From assembly GCA_001662655.1 (NCBI GenBank), contig KV460220.1: 64,000 nt of DNA; one strand, written 5' to 3'. The translations under genes were made by a program, and so were the position numbers. Below, piece after piece: positions 47,996 through 60,163 of this stretch. The notes below the pieces were generated by a model, which saw nothing but the letters and a program-made list of their open reading frames with translations, made no database searches and was not told the origin of the DNA. The stretch's first letter is position 1. Every line of letters starts with the position of its first letter. This stretch comes from Pseudogymnoascus verrucosus (lineage: Eukaryota).

Positions 47996-48856
47996 TAAAT
48001 TCGCCTGAAATCTATTTTGAGTCGGAACTTACGACTGCAAGTAAGCCCTTCCAATATCCATATGTCCTGAAGGCGCCCCATTAATTAATTAATTTTTAGC
48101 TATCTATACCTTCAACACCTTTTTCACTTCGAACTTTTGACACCTGTCTAGAAGTAACGCTTGGAAATTTATTATGCACTCCAGGGCGTCAGAATATCTT
48201 GTGACCTGATGGTCATTTTCGACTTAGTTGTGGCATTAAATACGAATCAAATGCTAAATTTTGCTTCTTTATGATTTAGTAGGATAATTATACAATATTC
48301 CCATGCGAATCAAACCAAACCTTTATAAAACATCCGAGAGTCCACCTATTTGTTACATCCAGAGACCCAATTATCCGCAGCAATTGTGTTGAACATTGAA
48401 CCAAATCCCTACGATTTTCTATATTGCCATATATTTGATAACATCACATTCTTTGCCACTTTTAGGTCACATGAGGCTAAATTCGCGTTGATCGTATGCG
48501 TGTGGATATCATAGCCCTCCTGTACACCTCCCTCGACGTTGGAATAAGATGCGCCAAATCACATGATGCGAACTAGGGCGGGATCAATAATTTTCCATGA
48601 TAACCAATCGGACACCAACGAACCTCGCTCGACGAGGCGTTGATATTTTGAAATTCTACATTTATTCCACATTTTACGCTGCACTATCGCATACGGTTCT
48701 TGCGCTCCATTGCTTATATACGAACCTAAACGGCCAGCGCATTATTTGCGTCCCACAATAGAAACCTCCGGCCGACTGGCCCGGACGAGGAAGAGCCTTT
48801 CAGCCTCGTCACCCCGCCTCATACATACACAGCAGTTCATGGGAAACGAATACCAA

Positions 48857-51585
48857 ATGGCGTCCTTCAATATGGTCACCCGGATCGACGGGACCGAGGG
48901 CTTTAACTCGCAGTCTATTGAAGAACGGAATTTCCAAGCTGCACTGATCATGACAGAGTGCCATTTTACGAGGAAACCACCAATTGGGCGAAAGACGGTG
49001 AATATGACACTGGCAACAATAAAGAGGACTATGGAGAAGACTCTTAATGTTTCTGAGATTAGGTATGATTCTACATCGTGTTATGTTTGGGTTAGAGCTA
49101 TCACTAATGCGTGGACTTCAGAGAAGTGCTTGCAAAAAACGTGGATATCTGGATGAGGTTGCAACTTGTGTTTTACGCAGCGATACCAAGGCTTGGGGCG
49201 AGATCATTACAAGAAACATATTCAGAGACGGCACCACGGAATGTCGATATACCCGAAAGTAGCACACTCATTGCGGAGAATCATGCGACGTTACTGGAGG
49301 ACCTGACCTTACTCAACAACCTTCTTGTCATCGCCAGAAACATGCTGGCCATTAAAGAGGTGGCCCAGGATATATGTTCGACTGTGCAGCTGGACAAGCA
49401 AATCACAAAGCTCATCGTACTTGGCGTCAATGTTACGAGCAAGGGCTATGATGGGGAGAATGTAGACAACCATACGCGTGGCAAACTAAACGAAATAACG
49501 GAACTTTACAAGAAGCTCCTCGTGACCTGCTTACAGTTCCTCCATAATATGACGATGGGCAATGATCGACTGAAGATGGTGTTTTGGTTCGATATGCTGT
49601 TTGATAACGACCTTCACAATGATGCCATACATGGATTGCCCAACGACGGCCTCCGCGTCGATGTTGTGTATGAAGAGGTTAAGAACTGGCTTAAGAGGAA
49701 TTCGCAGAAGTCGCCTGCAGCACAAGTTCTTCTTGCCAAATATACAGAGGACGTGCCTTTAGGACATAACGGCGGACCACTCCCTCCTGATTTCTGGGGA
49801 GACGATTCAAAGGCAGAAATAGCCTCCGTCAACAGTGAGTTGTCGCAACAGCCTACAACAGTGCCAGTTTGGTCGGAGCAGGCACCGACAAAGGCCGAGC
49901 AAGACCGTATGTATGGAAGAGTCTCCCATGAGATCGATGTTTGGTGGAAGCGCGTTCGAGATGCAAATTACGACAACTGGGTTGTACCAATGGAGACAGT
50001 CGAGGGTGCTATATCTCGTGCACAGTCATGCAAAGACAATGCGATGACTCGCTATATCCCGAGGGTCGAGCAAGATGAAGATTTGGAATTCGACCATAGG
50101 GAGGTATACGAAGAAGAGGCGGAAGATGAAGTCCACCACGAAGAAGGCGATGGATACTCTACACACGCCGATGATGGACATGTGGAAGGAGAAGAAGAGG
50201 AGGAGGAAGACGATGATGACTCCTACGTTGAGGGATCGTTGCGCGGTTTGCTGACTGAAATACCAAACATTCTTGACACGAAACAGATCGAGGCCCTGCA
50301 CATGACTGTCAAAGCATGCATCGTCGATGCTATGGGTTCCGGTCTAACAAAATCAGGAGAGAACCTGCAAAAGACTAGGTGTAAGATGTTCTTGGCTCTG
50401 GACTGTGGCAAGAACCTTCTCCGAGAGATGCTTGTTCTTATCGCAGTGTGGGAGCAGGCCGAATCGCAGTTTATTTTTCAAATCACAGCTCAGATCATTG
50501 AGTCCTTTCACCACAACGCTCTACTGCCTTACGCCTGGAACTCCTTGCGGATACTGAAAGATATCGTATCTCCAGCACAGACGATCCTTCTTCGCCTGAT
50601 CAACTACATGTTCCGCGCTCGCAAAAATACCACCATCTACTCTGATGTCAAGGATTTCAACCGTGACGCCAAACTCATACACTTCCTCTACAACTACTTC
50701 CGCTGCCGTGTCGTCCCGGACTGCATCGCTCTCATCTACGCCCAGGCACAAATTCGCGGAAACCGCTCACATCCACAAGACTTCCCAGTAGATCTCTGGG
50801 ATATGGAGCGCTCCAAGGATGGCCTGGCACAGTACCTGGACTTCATCTATGTCATCGCTGACATCCCTGAGATGCGACCCCTGCTCATCGAGTGGGAAAC
50901 GACATATGAACTCATTGCTCTTCTCAACGCACTCGAAGCTGGCGTAGCTCGTAAACCGCTCGCCGAGCCGAGACGCACTACCCCGCCTGCAGCGCGTGCC
51001 AACAATGGAGACGCAAGCAACGCCGAGGGCGACAAGAACTACGATCCCTCTCAGCCGCAGGCTCCACCTGACTCGCAGAATGTGCAGCCTGGTCCACCGC
51101 CTCTTCACGACACCCCCCACAAGTTCCCGTGGCGCGGAATCAAAGTGCAAATCCTCATAATCCTCACCTCTCTCGTGGCGCCCTCCAATGGACGGTCCGG
51201 GCCTGGAAATCCTGTCGTGCAGAAGCAGATTCTCAAGTACGGCGGTATCATGGCGCTATTGAACTGCTGTGTGTACGATGGACACAACGAGTACTTGAAG
51301 GAGCGGGCGACGCTATGTATTAAGTGGGTTATGGAGGGGTGCATGGAGGCGCAGGACTTTGTGCGCGAGCTGAGTCCGCTGAAGAATCAGAAGCAGGATG
51401 TGGAGATGGTGAGGTCGAAGGGGGTGGATCAGGTTGGTCCGGTTGGCGGCGAGGATGTCGTGGCCCAGTCGGCACCGCAGCTGTCGAAGGATAACGAGAA
51501 GTACGAGATGGAGAGGTTGTCGAGGATGGCGGATGCGGTGGAGAAGATGAGGATTGCAAATGTTGCCGCGGCGAAGAAAGGATAG
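48857..51585 (+). CDS. CTR86: Ataxin-10-domain protein (Ctr86-like); intron ~49063-49121
   Basis: C-terminal FPWRGIKVQILIILTSLV...QKQILKYGGIMALLNCCVYDGHNEYLKERATLCIKWVMEGCMEAQDFVREL matches the Ataxin-10 domain. An alternative in-frame ATG lies at 48839. Confidence 0.78.
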
Positions 51586-51862
51586 AAATTGCAGTTTCAT
51601 GTCAGGATCTGGGGGAGGGGGGAATGTTGGAAATGATGTTCTATTTTAGCATAGCGAGGCGTTTTATGAGGGGTGGTAGGCTATGAAATGTGGGAAGTTT
51701 TACGGGGTAAGAGTTTGGTAAACTCATGGATGGCGTTGCAAAAGAACGGCACGGTCATATAATAGGCCTCTAGACTATTGTAAATATCATCACAGTACTC
51801 GCATGCCATCGTTATGTCCGCCTCCGATCTCGCCCACGCACCTTCAACCCCGGCGTATATGC

Positions 51863-52903
51863 TTACCACTTCGCCCGCTCCTTCAGCTTCTCATTCTGGA
51901 TAACCTCCACCCAGTATCCGTCTGGGTCTAACAGGAAGGCCACATTCTTCATCTTGCCCTCTGTGAGCCTCTTCTTCCACGTTGCGCCCACCTCGTCAAA
52001 TCGCGCACACGCTGCATCGAGATCATCAACAGAGACGCAGATGTGCCCGAAGCCCTGCGGCTCCGCATTCCCATTGTGGTAGCTGAAGGACTCATCGGCC
52101 TCGGTGCCGTAATTCCAAGTCAACTCAAGCAGGCCCTCACGATGCGCCCCTGTGGCACTGCTGGGGTAGCCGAGGAAATATACGTTGAACTTGGCCTCGG
52201 GCATCTCGGCGGTGCGCAGCAAGGTCATTCCGAGGATCTCCTGGTAGAAAAGCAGCGAGCTCGAAGATGACTTCACGCGGATCATGCTGTGGTTCATAAC
52301 GTACGTCTCGACGTCCGTGGTGGTGATATCTGCCGTCTCCTCGAGGGGTTTCTGGCCAATAATCTCAATCCAGTATCCGTCTGGGTCGAGCACGAAGGCA
52401 ATGTACTTCATGCGACCCTCAGACAGCTTCTTCTGGAACTTGTATCCACCGTCTTCGAGGCGTTGGCATGCTGCCTGGAGGTTGTCGACGCTGATACAGA
52501 GGTGACCAAAGCCTCGGTTCGGCTCCTCATTGCCATTATTGACCTTATAGTTGGGATCATTCTCGGTGCCGTAGTTGTGCGTTAGTTCCACAAGGCCCTC
52601 GCGGTCAGACCACGATTTTCCGTGACTCTGGGCCTTGGGGCTGTCGTAGCCGAAGAAGTAGAGGTCGAACTTGGATTGAGGCTGCTCGATCTTCTGGATC
52701 AATTTCATACCGAGGAACTCGTAGAATTTGGCTATGCGATGGTCAGTGAGGGGTAATGTGAGAACAATGGGAGGAGAGTCCCTTACCGGACGCTTTGGGG
52801 TCCTTCACCCGAATCCTGGAGATTGTTAGTGCAGCGAGACGCAAGGGGCCGAGAGGGCGTACATCGTGTGATTGAACTTGTACGACTCCGTTTTGGACGC
52901 CAT
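51863..52903 (-). CDS. GLO1: Lactoylglutathione lyase (glyoxalase I), two-domain fungal type, multi-exon
   Basis: MASKTESYKFNHTM|IRVKDPK; duplicated motifs ELTHNYGTE/ELTWNYGTE, GFGHLCISVD/GFGHICVSVD, DPDGYWIE/DPDGYWVE. Confidence 0.95.
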
Positions 52904-53735
52904 AGTTGCGAGTGACCTGCTATCTTGCGAAGCTTTTAGCATTTTGAATACATTCTTTCGCGCCCAAGGTGGGGGGTAACATGCTACATACCTGAGCTAA
53001 CTACGCCGAATCTTGTGATTGGAAACCTGAAAGTCCTTTGCAGGGTCCGCAAAACGAGCATACGTGTAGAATGGGCAAAGAGAGGACAGCAAATAGATAA
53101 TTCAAAAACGAGGAAGTTTTGAAAGAGAAGGGGCAAGTAGTGCTCGAGCTTACAGATCTGCCCTCCAAATGACGTTCGACCCACAACCCCGCGGCGGCGC
53201 GAGTTGCTGTTGTGGGGCACGCAACAGTGCGTGCTTGGATTACAGTACAACCACCAATTGCAGGCGCATATCCATATGCCAGCTCAGCCATTCGTGGAGG
53301 AGGTATCTTGCGTATAGAAACATATAAAGAGGTCAAATATCATCAGATTCAATTTTATACAACCCCAAATATACATAATAATGTCTAAATTGGGCTTTCT
53401 TAGGTCACAGTCCATGTAATAGCCAAGATATTCCCAATCGCTTATCGGAAGGCCGCTCGGTCGCAACTCCGTTATCGTGAGCCTCGACCAAATCTGCCTT
53501 GGGAGCATCGATTGCTCATTGCTCAACAGCGTGAGACATCAATCAACCACAACCAATCCGCCCTATGACTTCCACATGCCGAGTCACCACCATCGCGATA
53601 CCCTGACATATCTCTCAGTGCCATAGTACGTAGCACCATCACCTCATGCAGCGCTGCTTCAACTAACCGGAGATCTGTGTCCAGATCCAAAACACCTCGG
53701 CGCTACATACCACCACCACGACCACCACTCACACG

Positions 53736-54359
53736 ATGCTCCTCACCAAGCCGCTCACGACACTCCTATCCTCCTCCCTCTCCCCCCCGGTCTCAACCCT
53801 CCTCCTCCTCACGCCCACAGGCCACATTCTCTCCGCCGCTTCCGCGCTCCCCTCCTCCATCCTTCGTGCGCGCGCAACCCTCGCCCTCCAAATCTGGGCG
53901 CTCTACGCATCCAACCCCTCCGCTCTTACCGACGCACTCCCCAGCGCACCAGCAAACCCCGAAACCCCAGACGAAGACGAGACAAGCGAGAAAGCGCCTC
54001 CGGTCTCGAGCGTAGCCGTTCATCTCTCAGCAGGAACAATCGTCATACGTCTCCTCAGCTGCGGCCTCTTGGTATGCGGTCTTAGCTCTCCGCCTGCTGA
54101 GGGTGAGATACCGGCGCATGCGGGTACGCCGACTGGGTCGCAGCGTGGGGCGCGGCCGAACTACCAGGCGCAGCATTTTCTGGCGCCGGGATCGCCGCTG
54201 GAGGGCGTGGCGAGTAGTGCTGTGAGTGACGCGGGGAGCGTGGGGACGGTGGGTAGGAGGGGGAACAGGGAGTTGGCTGTGTTGAGGAAGCGGGTGGAGG
54301 AAGTGGGGAAGTGGTTGGATGAGGAGTTGGGAGGGTTTGCAATGAGCGAGGGCATTTGA
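53736..54359 (+). CDS. Roadblock-fold protein, LAMTOR2 (Ragulator p14)-like (207 aa)
   Basis: [12 protein letters not shown]...[14 protein letters not shown]...[11 protein letters not shown]...[15 protein letters not shown]...[19 protein letters not shown] parallels the LAMTOR2 pattern (ML..KALTQVLS...STLLLNNEGSLLA...AAIASNIWAAY...GRVAITRVANLLLC...MLKAKAQALVQYLEEPL), recalled from memory, with low-complexity inserts. Confidence 0.65.
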   Translation: MLLTKPLTTLLSSSLSPPVSTLLLLTPTGHILSAASALPSSILRARATLALQIWALYASNPSALTDALPSAPANPETPDEDETSEKAPPVSSVAVHLSAGTIVIRLLSCGLLVCGLSSPPAEGEIPAHAGTPTGSQRGARPNYQAQHFLAPGSPLEGVASSAVSDAGSVGTVGRRGNRELAVLRKRVEEVGKWLDEELGGFAMSEGI

Positions 54360-55359
54360 GGGCGTTGGGTGATACGTTATTTCTGTGTTGATACAAGAGT
54401 GGACATCTTGGGAGAGCGGATTGAAAGGTCTTATTTGAGGGGCATTTGGAGATGCTGCTGTAAGACTAAGGGCGATGTGAATTGGGGGCGGCTACATTTT
54501 GGCCTGTAAGGAAAGAAGGCAGCTTTTAAGCTGCTGCAATGCTTGTCCACCATACGCCAACTGAGGTGTGTATGATAATCCCGCCGCAAATATAGCAGCA
54601 CCTATGTGCGGTATGCTTCCCACTGGTGGCGGAGAAAGCTGCTTTGCAGTGTACCTACAAACCCCCAAAGAAAATCACTTTATGACTCTTGCCTTCATGG
54701 AGATATATACACATATTACTACAATAATACACCTGAATACATTGAATCGGTAACACTGTAGACCGATGAGTGGCATATTAAGCCCAATTATTTTCTTCGT
54801 TCTTCCCTCCAAATCGAGAAAGATTCGTAGCAATGAACAGCTGACGTCTGGCCACCTCCTCGTCATTTGCTTGCGTCAGAAAAAAACGTGCCACAGCGGG
54901 AATTCATTGGCGTCCGCACGGGATCCATATCAGGATCGCGATCCTGGTATGAATCCTGTGCGAAGCTTTTTAAGTCCGACTTTAAAAGTTGCCGAATAGG
55001 ACTAGATTAGCGCTTCCACAGTAGCGCATCCTAGCTGAGATAGAGGAGTTAGAGTATTCGTTTTGGGACGGAGCGACCGGAGCGATTTCCTACTCCGTGG
55101 GACTCCTCGCTGTCTGAAATATGTTGGTGGTTCCGCAACTCTGTGCCTTGCATGATGATGCGCGTACTACGCGGCTTTTACGGCCTTAGGAGATAACTGA
55201 ATGGCTATGAAAAGACAAGACGCGTACCCCATGACTACTATTTACTCTCTATCAACGGCTGTGGATTTGATTAAAGCTCCTTCGCGCCCTGAAAACAACC
55301 CCCTAAAAACAATTTAAGTAGTCTAAAGCCTTGCTATTATTGCAACCTCCATTGCAATT

Positions 55360-56319
55360 ATGTTCCCCTTTATCACTCTCGAGGAACACTACGTCTCAGT
55401 AAAAGCACGGGAAACCGATACTGTCGATGACTACGCCAGCTTCCCTCAGCATATAGTTACCAAGTTAAAATCACTCGGCGATGAGAGAATACAAGATCTA
55501 AACAAGGGAAACGTATCCCTCCAAGTTATTTCGCATAGTCCTGGTACTAGGTCTCCAACCGTCTGTTCGGCAGCCAACGATGAACTTGCCGCTGCCATTT
55601 CCAAGAATCCAACTCGCATGGCCGGCTTTGCAACGCTCCCAATGAAAGAGCCAGAAGAAGCAGCGAAGGAGCTCGAGCGTTGTGTCCGGGACCTGGCCTT
55701 TGTTGGTGCATTGGTGGATAACCATGCGGATGGGCAGTTCTACGACGACGAACGTTTCTGGACGGTTTTTGAGAAGGCGAACAAGTTAGATGCTCCGATT
55801 TCTATCCACCCAACATACGCGGCTGACAGTATGATGGAACATTATAAGGGTAATTACGACGACGCTATAGCTGTTGCTCTGAGCGCGTATGGTTGGGGAT
55901 GGCATGCAGACACTGGTCTGCACATCTTGAAGCTATTTGCCAGTGGGCTCTTCGATCACTTTCCGCAATTGAAGATCGTAATTGGACACATGGGAGAGTT
56001 GCTTCCGTTTCAGCTCGAGAGGGTTATTGCGATTGCAGACAGGTTTGGTAAGAAGAGAGGGTTCAGAGAAGTATGGAATAAAAACATATGGATCACGACG
56101 AGTGGCATGTTCGCTCTAGCACCTCTGGCGTGCTTGTTGCAGACCACGTCGATTGATCGTGTATTGTATAGCGTCGACTATCCTTTCTCATCTAATGAGA
56201 AAGGGCTCGACTTCTTCAAAGAGATTGAGAAAAGCGGATTGATTGCAGGGGAGGACTTGGAGAAATTTGCGTTTCGTAATGCGCAAGACTTGCTTCGCGT
56301 GAAGGCTCAAGCCCTGTAA
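55360..56319 (+). CDS. Amidohydrolase_2-family non-oxidative aromatic acid decarboxylase (2,3-dihydroxybenzoate/orsellinate decarboxylase-like)
   Basis: ITLEEH metal motif, ANDELA, GFATLPM, IHP, IVIGHMGELLPF, ITTSG, YSVDYPF. Confidence 0.85.
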   Translation: MFPFITLEEHYVSVKARETDTVDDYASFPQHIVTKLKSLGDERIQDLNKGNVSLQVISHSPGTRSPTVCSAANDELAAAISKNPTRMAGFATLPMKEPEEAAKELERCVRDLAFVGALVDNHADGQFYDDERFWTVFEKANKLDAPISIHPTYAADSMMEHYKGNYDDAIAVALSAYGWGWHADTGLHILKLFASGLFDHFPQLKIVIGHMGELLPFQLERVIAIADRFGKKRGFREVWNKNIWITTSGMFALAPLACLLQTTSIDRVLYSVDYPFSSNEKGLDFFKEIEKSGLIAGEDLEKFAFRNAQDLLRVKAQAL

Positions 56320-56535
56320 ATGCCTTGGTTCGGGGATTTACTTTATCGTGTATATCTTAAATTCAAGCAAGCAGGAATATAAGCATTATAAACTGCCATT
56401 TTTAGCCTTTGATACAAATTTAGAACTGCGGCTAACATTATAAGCTTTCCGGGTAGGTTGTTATAAATCAGATCTACTTACAGGCTTGTTCCTTAGCCCG
56501 CCCCGACCCTGTCCCACATAGAACTGTCACCAGCC

Positions 56536-57503
56536 ATGGTTGAAACTAAGATTATGGCTGACCAGACCTGGGATGTTCATACAGCTAGTGAGGACATGCT
56601 CACCGAGCTATGCCACCAAACTGAGAAGTTGAATGGCAAAATTGGCGGGTACAAAGAAGCAATTCGAGTAGTCAAACTTTCAAACGACATAGCAGTCAAG
56701 GTTGGGCGTGGCGTGACGGCCACTAAGGCTAGAACGCAGGAATTTGCACATCAAAATGTAGATCCGAGTATCGTTCACGTTCCTGAAGTCTATCGCTTCT
56801 TCGAACGGGACTATGATCCCTGCTGGAGCAGCTCAGTGGGCTACCTATTCATGGAGTATGTGCCAGGCCGGACGCTTGCTGAGATTGACCTTGATGTGAG
56901 AGACGACATCGTTCCCCGTATCTCTCAGATCATTGTGCATCTTGGCCAAATCGAGGTGCGCAATGACCTGAAAGACGCAGTCCCCGGGCCCATAGGTGGT
57001 GGAAGTCCTCGAGGCTCTCTTTGGGGTGAAGATGGCGCAGGAGAAACACTCACGTGTGTGTCAGACTTGAACGCTTGGCTCAACAAACGTCTCTCATTGC
57101 AGAATGACTCTCCACTTGTTTTATGCCATCTTGATCTAGCCCGGCGGAACATGATTCTAAGAGACGACAACACAATTTCTCTTGCTGACTGGGGTTGTGC
57201 GGGACTTTATCCAAGGTTTTACTAAACTATAACGATTCCTTACCTCATTCCTTGGGATGCACTATACCAGAAACCTCTAATCGAAGCTACAAACACTCTA
57301 CTAAGTTTGACTGACGAGGAAAAGCTCTTGGCGCGACTGGTCCAGATTGCCCGCTCTGTCAGTCTGCGATATTCCTTGTAAGCATGTCTATTTTAAAGGA
57401 AATCTCGAAAACTAATTGTTGGAATAGCGACATCGACAAAAGGTCATTTTGTCTACCAGAGGGATTTTCTTCATTGCCCCCTCTACCACCACTAGGTCAA
57501 TAA
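56536..57503 (+). pseudogene. APH/choline-kinase-like phosphotransferase with a premature stop at 57223-57225
   Basis: VAVK-like IAVKVG, HVPEVY, YLFMEYVPG, LVLCHLDLARRNMIL, DWGCAGLYPRFY-TAA. The frame continues cleanly (TITIPYL...ARSVSLRYS|gtaagc intron) to a last exon ending TAA 57503. Confidence 0.7.
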
Positions 57504-57712
57504 AATGGCCCATTTAGGAGTTACTAGGGTAGTTGGGGTTGGATCGATCATTTGGAAGGGGTGGGAAACAAGCTTGCAAGAGAGGTTTACATTCACCAGG
57601 AAGGATGGATGCTTCAGAGGTTGTAATGATTACACATATCTTTCTATATCACACTATGCAATCCCTAAGTTGGGTATGGTACATTATCTTACACGTCCTC
57701 ATCAACAACCCC

Positions 57713-59517
57713 TTATCTACGGCCCAACTTCCACCTCGAGATCCTATCCTGGATCTCAGCCCAAGCAAGCTGCTTCCTCTTAACCCCATTACCCTCCTCA
57801 CCCTCCTGCAGCACCACCGTCGGTGCCCCGCTTCCATGGCCCGGGTTCTTCACCAAGCCCTGGAGAACATCCCTCGCAACTCTGCGCAAGTCCTGCACAG
57901 TGAGCTGGTCAATCTTGTTGCACATCTCCTTCACCCCAACCTTGCTTCCGTGAACCTGCACCTGGCGTCCCAGATCCTCGAGCTCCACCATCCGCGACTC
58001 AAGGTTCATGAGCAGACTCGAGCGCAGCTGGTTCTTGGCGCGGTTCACCTCCACCATCTGCAGGGCGCTGAAGCCATTCTCGAGCGTCAGGGCCTGTAGC
58101 TCGCGGCACATCACGTCGAGCATCTGCACTACCTTGCTGGGGGTGCAGCTGGAGGTAATGCCGAAGAGGCCGGAGTCGGTGTAAGAGTGGTTGAAAGCGA
58201 CGCAAGACTCGACCCAGCCGTGCTGGTTCAGGACATTGGTGTACAGGCGCGAGTACATGCCCTTTCCTGGTCCGCCGGCCGAGAAGGAGCCGCCGCCGCC
58301 CAGAAGAGTCTGGAGAGTTGCCAGAGCATAGATATCATCTGATGAGATGGGGAGGGCCTCGAAGGCAAGGTGGATGTGGGTGAGTGGAGGTAACGAAGGG
58401 TTGATTGGTGGTGGGAGGACAGGAAGAGCGACGAATCCTCCGGTGTATTGTGAAGGTGCGAGGATCTGTTCTGGCGTAGGGGGTAATGATAGGTCTGAGA
58501 GAACAGAGGCCTGGTTGGAGGCGGAAGTTGAGAGGTTCTTCAAGAATGGTAGTCTCGAAAGAAGATTCGAGGACTGCTGGACTGGAGACGGCGGTGCTGA
58601 CGCGGATTCTGAACTCGACGTGGAGCTTGCTTCCGAGGCGGAGTCGAGTGACGTTTCCGAGCCTGTCCTGGACAGTTCCGGGGTATCTTCGCTCTTCATA
58701 TCTCCAAAGTATTGCTCCGTCAGCCTCACTGCTTCCTTGTGCTCAACGCCTGCGAAGGCAACAACTATTCTTTCTGGCTTGAAGAACGCCTTGCGGTATG
58801 CCTCGATAACACTCTTATCGATCTTGTCAAGCCTTTCCTTGGGACACAACAGGGGGTTACCCAGTGTGTTGTCTTTGTATGCCGCCATATGAACAAGCTC
58901 AGGGAGGATCAACTCCGGCTTTGACCAAATCTCGCCAATTTCGTAAGACGCAGTCTCTAGCTGTTGCTGAACCTCCTCTTCCGTTATTAATGGATTCCGA
59001 ATCGTCTCCGCAAGTAGCGCAACGGTTGTCGGAACAGCGGAATTGAAGGTGGCGGATTGGTACATGAGCGATTCGCGCGACGAGGCACACTGAATATTTC
59101 CACCCAGAGACTCCAAAGCTTCCAACATCTCGTCACTGGTGCGTTTCGTCGTGGACTTGAAGGCCAATCTATCCATAATATGGCTCACGCCTCTCAGATG
59201 CTCATTCTCGTACCGAGAACCGGCATCAATGTAAACACCAATACCCGAGAAGTGGCCAGGCAAAGCCTCTGTAGCAACACGGACTCCATTCGGCAGGGTC
59301 GTTATCTCATCCAATTCGACAGGGTCCTTCTGGCTGTCAGCGTCTGCAAGATGTTGGGCGCAACGGAGATCCGGGGAAAAGGTCTCCTCACCTTTTGAAT
59401 TGGCTCAACGACCGTGGCAAGGCTCCGTCGCGCTATTGAACTCGTCGCAGGGCTCGGTGACTTTGTGCATAACGGCAAGAGACGGCTAACCGCTCGAGAT
59501 GACGGTGTTTTGATCAT
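57713..59517 (-). CDS. MAS2: Mitochondrial processing peptidase alpha subunit (one intron)
   Basis: Presequence MIKTPSSRAVSRLL...RRSLAT; ITTLPNGVRVATE; GSRYE...GVSHIMDRLAFKST (non-catalytic HxxDR); Gly loop LLGGGGSFSAGGPGKGMYSRLYTNVLN. Confidence 0.95.
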
Positions 59518-60163
59518 ACTTGATGCGTGACTCTTAAAAATGGCCTTCTCGTGGCCCAAATAATTATCATGGGTTGCGGAACGGAATTTGCCGGCCAAAG
59601 AAATAGAGATCACGTGCCGATTATGATATCATAGGTTGGTTTCCCCTGACAAAATCAGGCACAAGAGATTCATAGCTTCAAATGCGGTAAATATATTTCA
59701 CTTAACGCTTTTCCAGCTGATTCATACCCATCCTGGTCAAAGTATCATTATTGAGGCCTCTTTCACCTTGAAGCGGCCAATTACTAATCCACCGACCTCA
59801 ATCTTTCAGTGGATTGATGCTTTGGACGGACTGTGCCATCCGGACTAGCGGGTGGGCGTCGCCGCCCTCAAGATTATTATGCCTTTACGATGTCTCCCTC
59901 AGCCATCCAATGGCGACCATGTCAACACGAAGGAAACGGGTCTCGTATTGAGACCCAAGGGATGCAGTGCACTGCAACTTTAGATATAGATGGGCGAAGG
60001 TGAGTGAGGGTGAAATGTTAAGTGGATGCTCTTGAAGTTTCCTCTTAATGCGAGATCACCACATATATAGTTAAAACTGTCATGACTAACGTGTAACCAA
60101 TATAGGATAGTTTCTAACGAGACAACCTAATAAAGATAGTGTATAGCCAATATAAGTACTCCC

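Noticed and set aside
55360..57503. Decarboxylase plus phosphotransferase as a secondary-metabolite cluster
   Set aside because: No PKS, NRPS, terpene synthase, transporter or regulator nearby, and the flanks are housekeeping genes.
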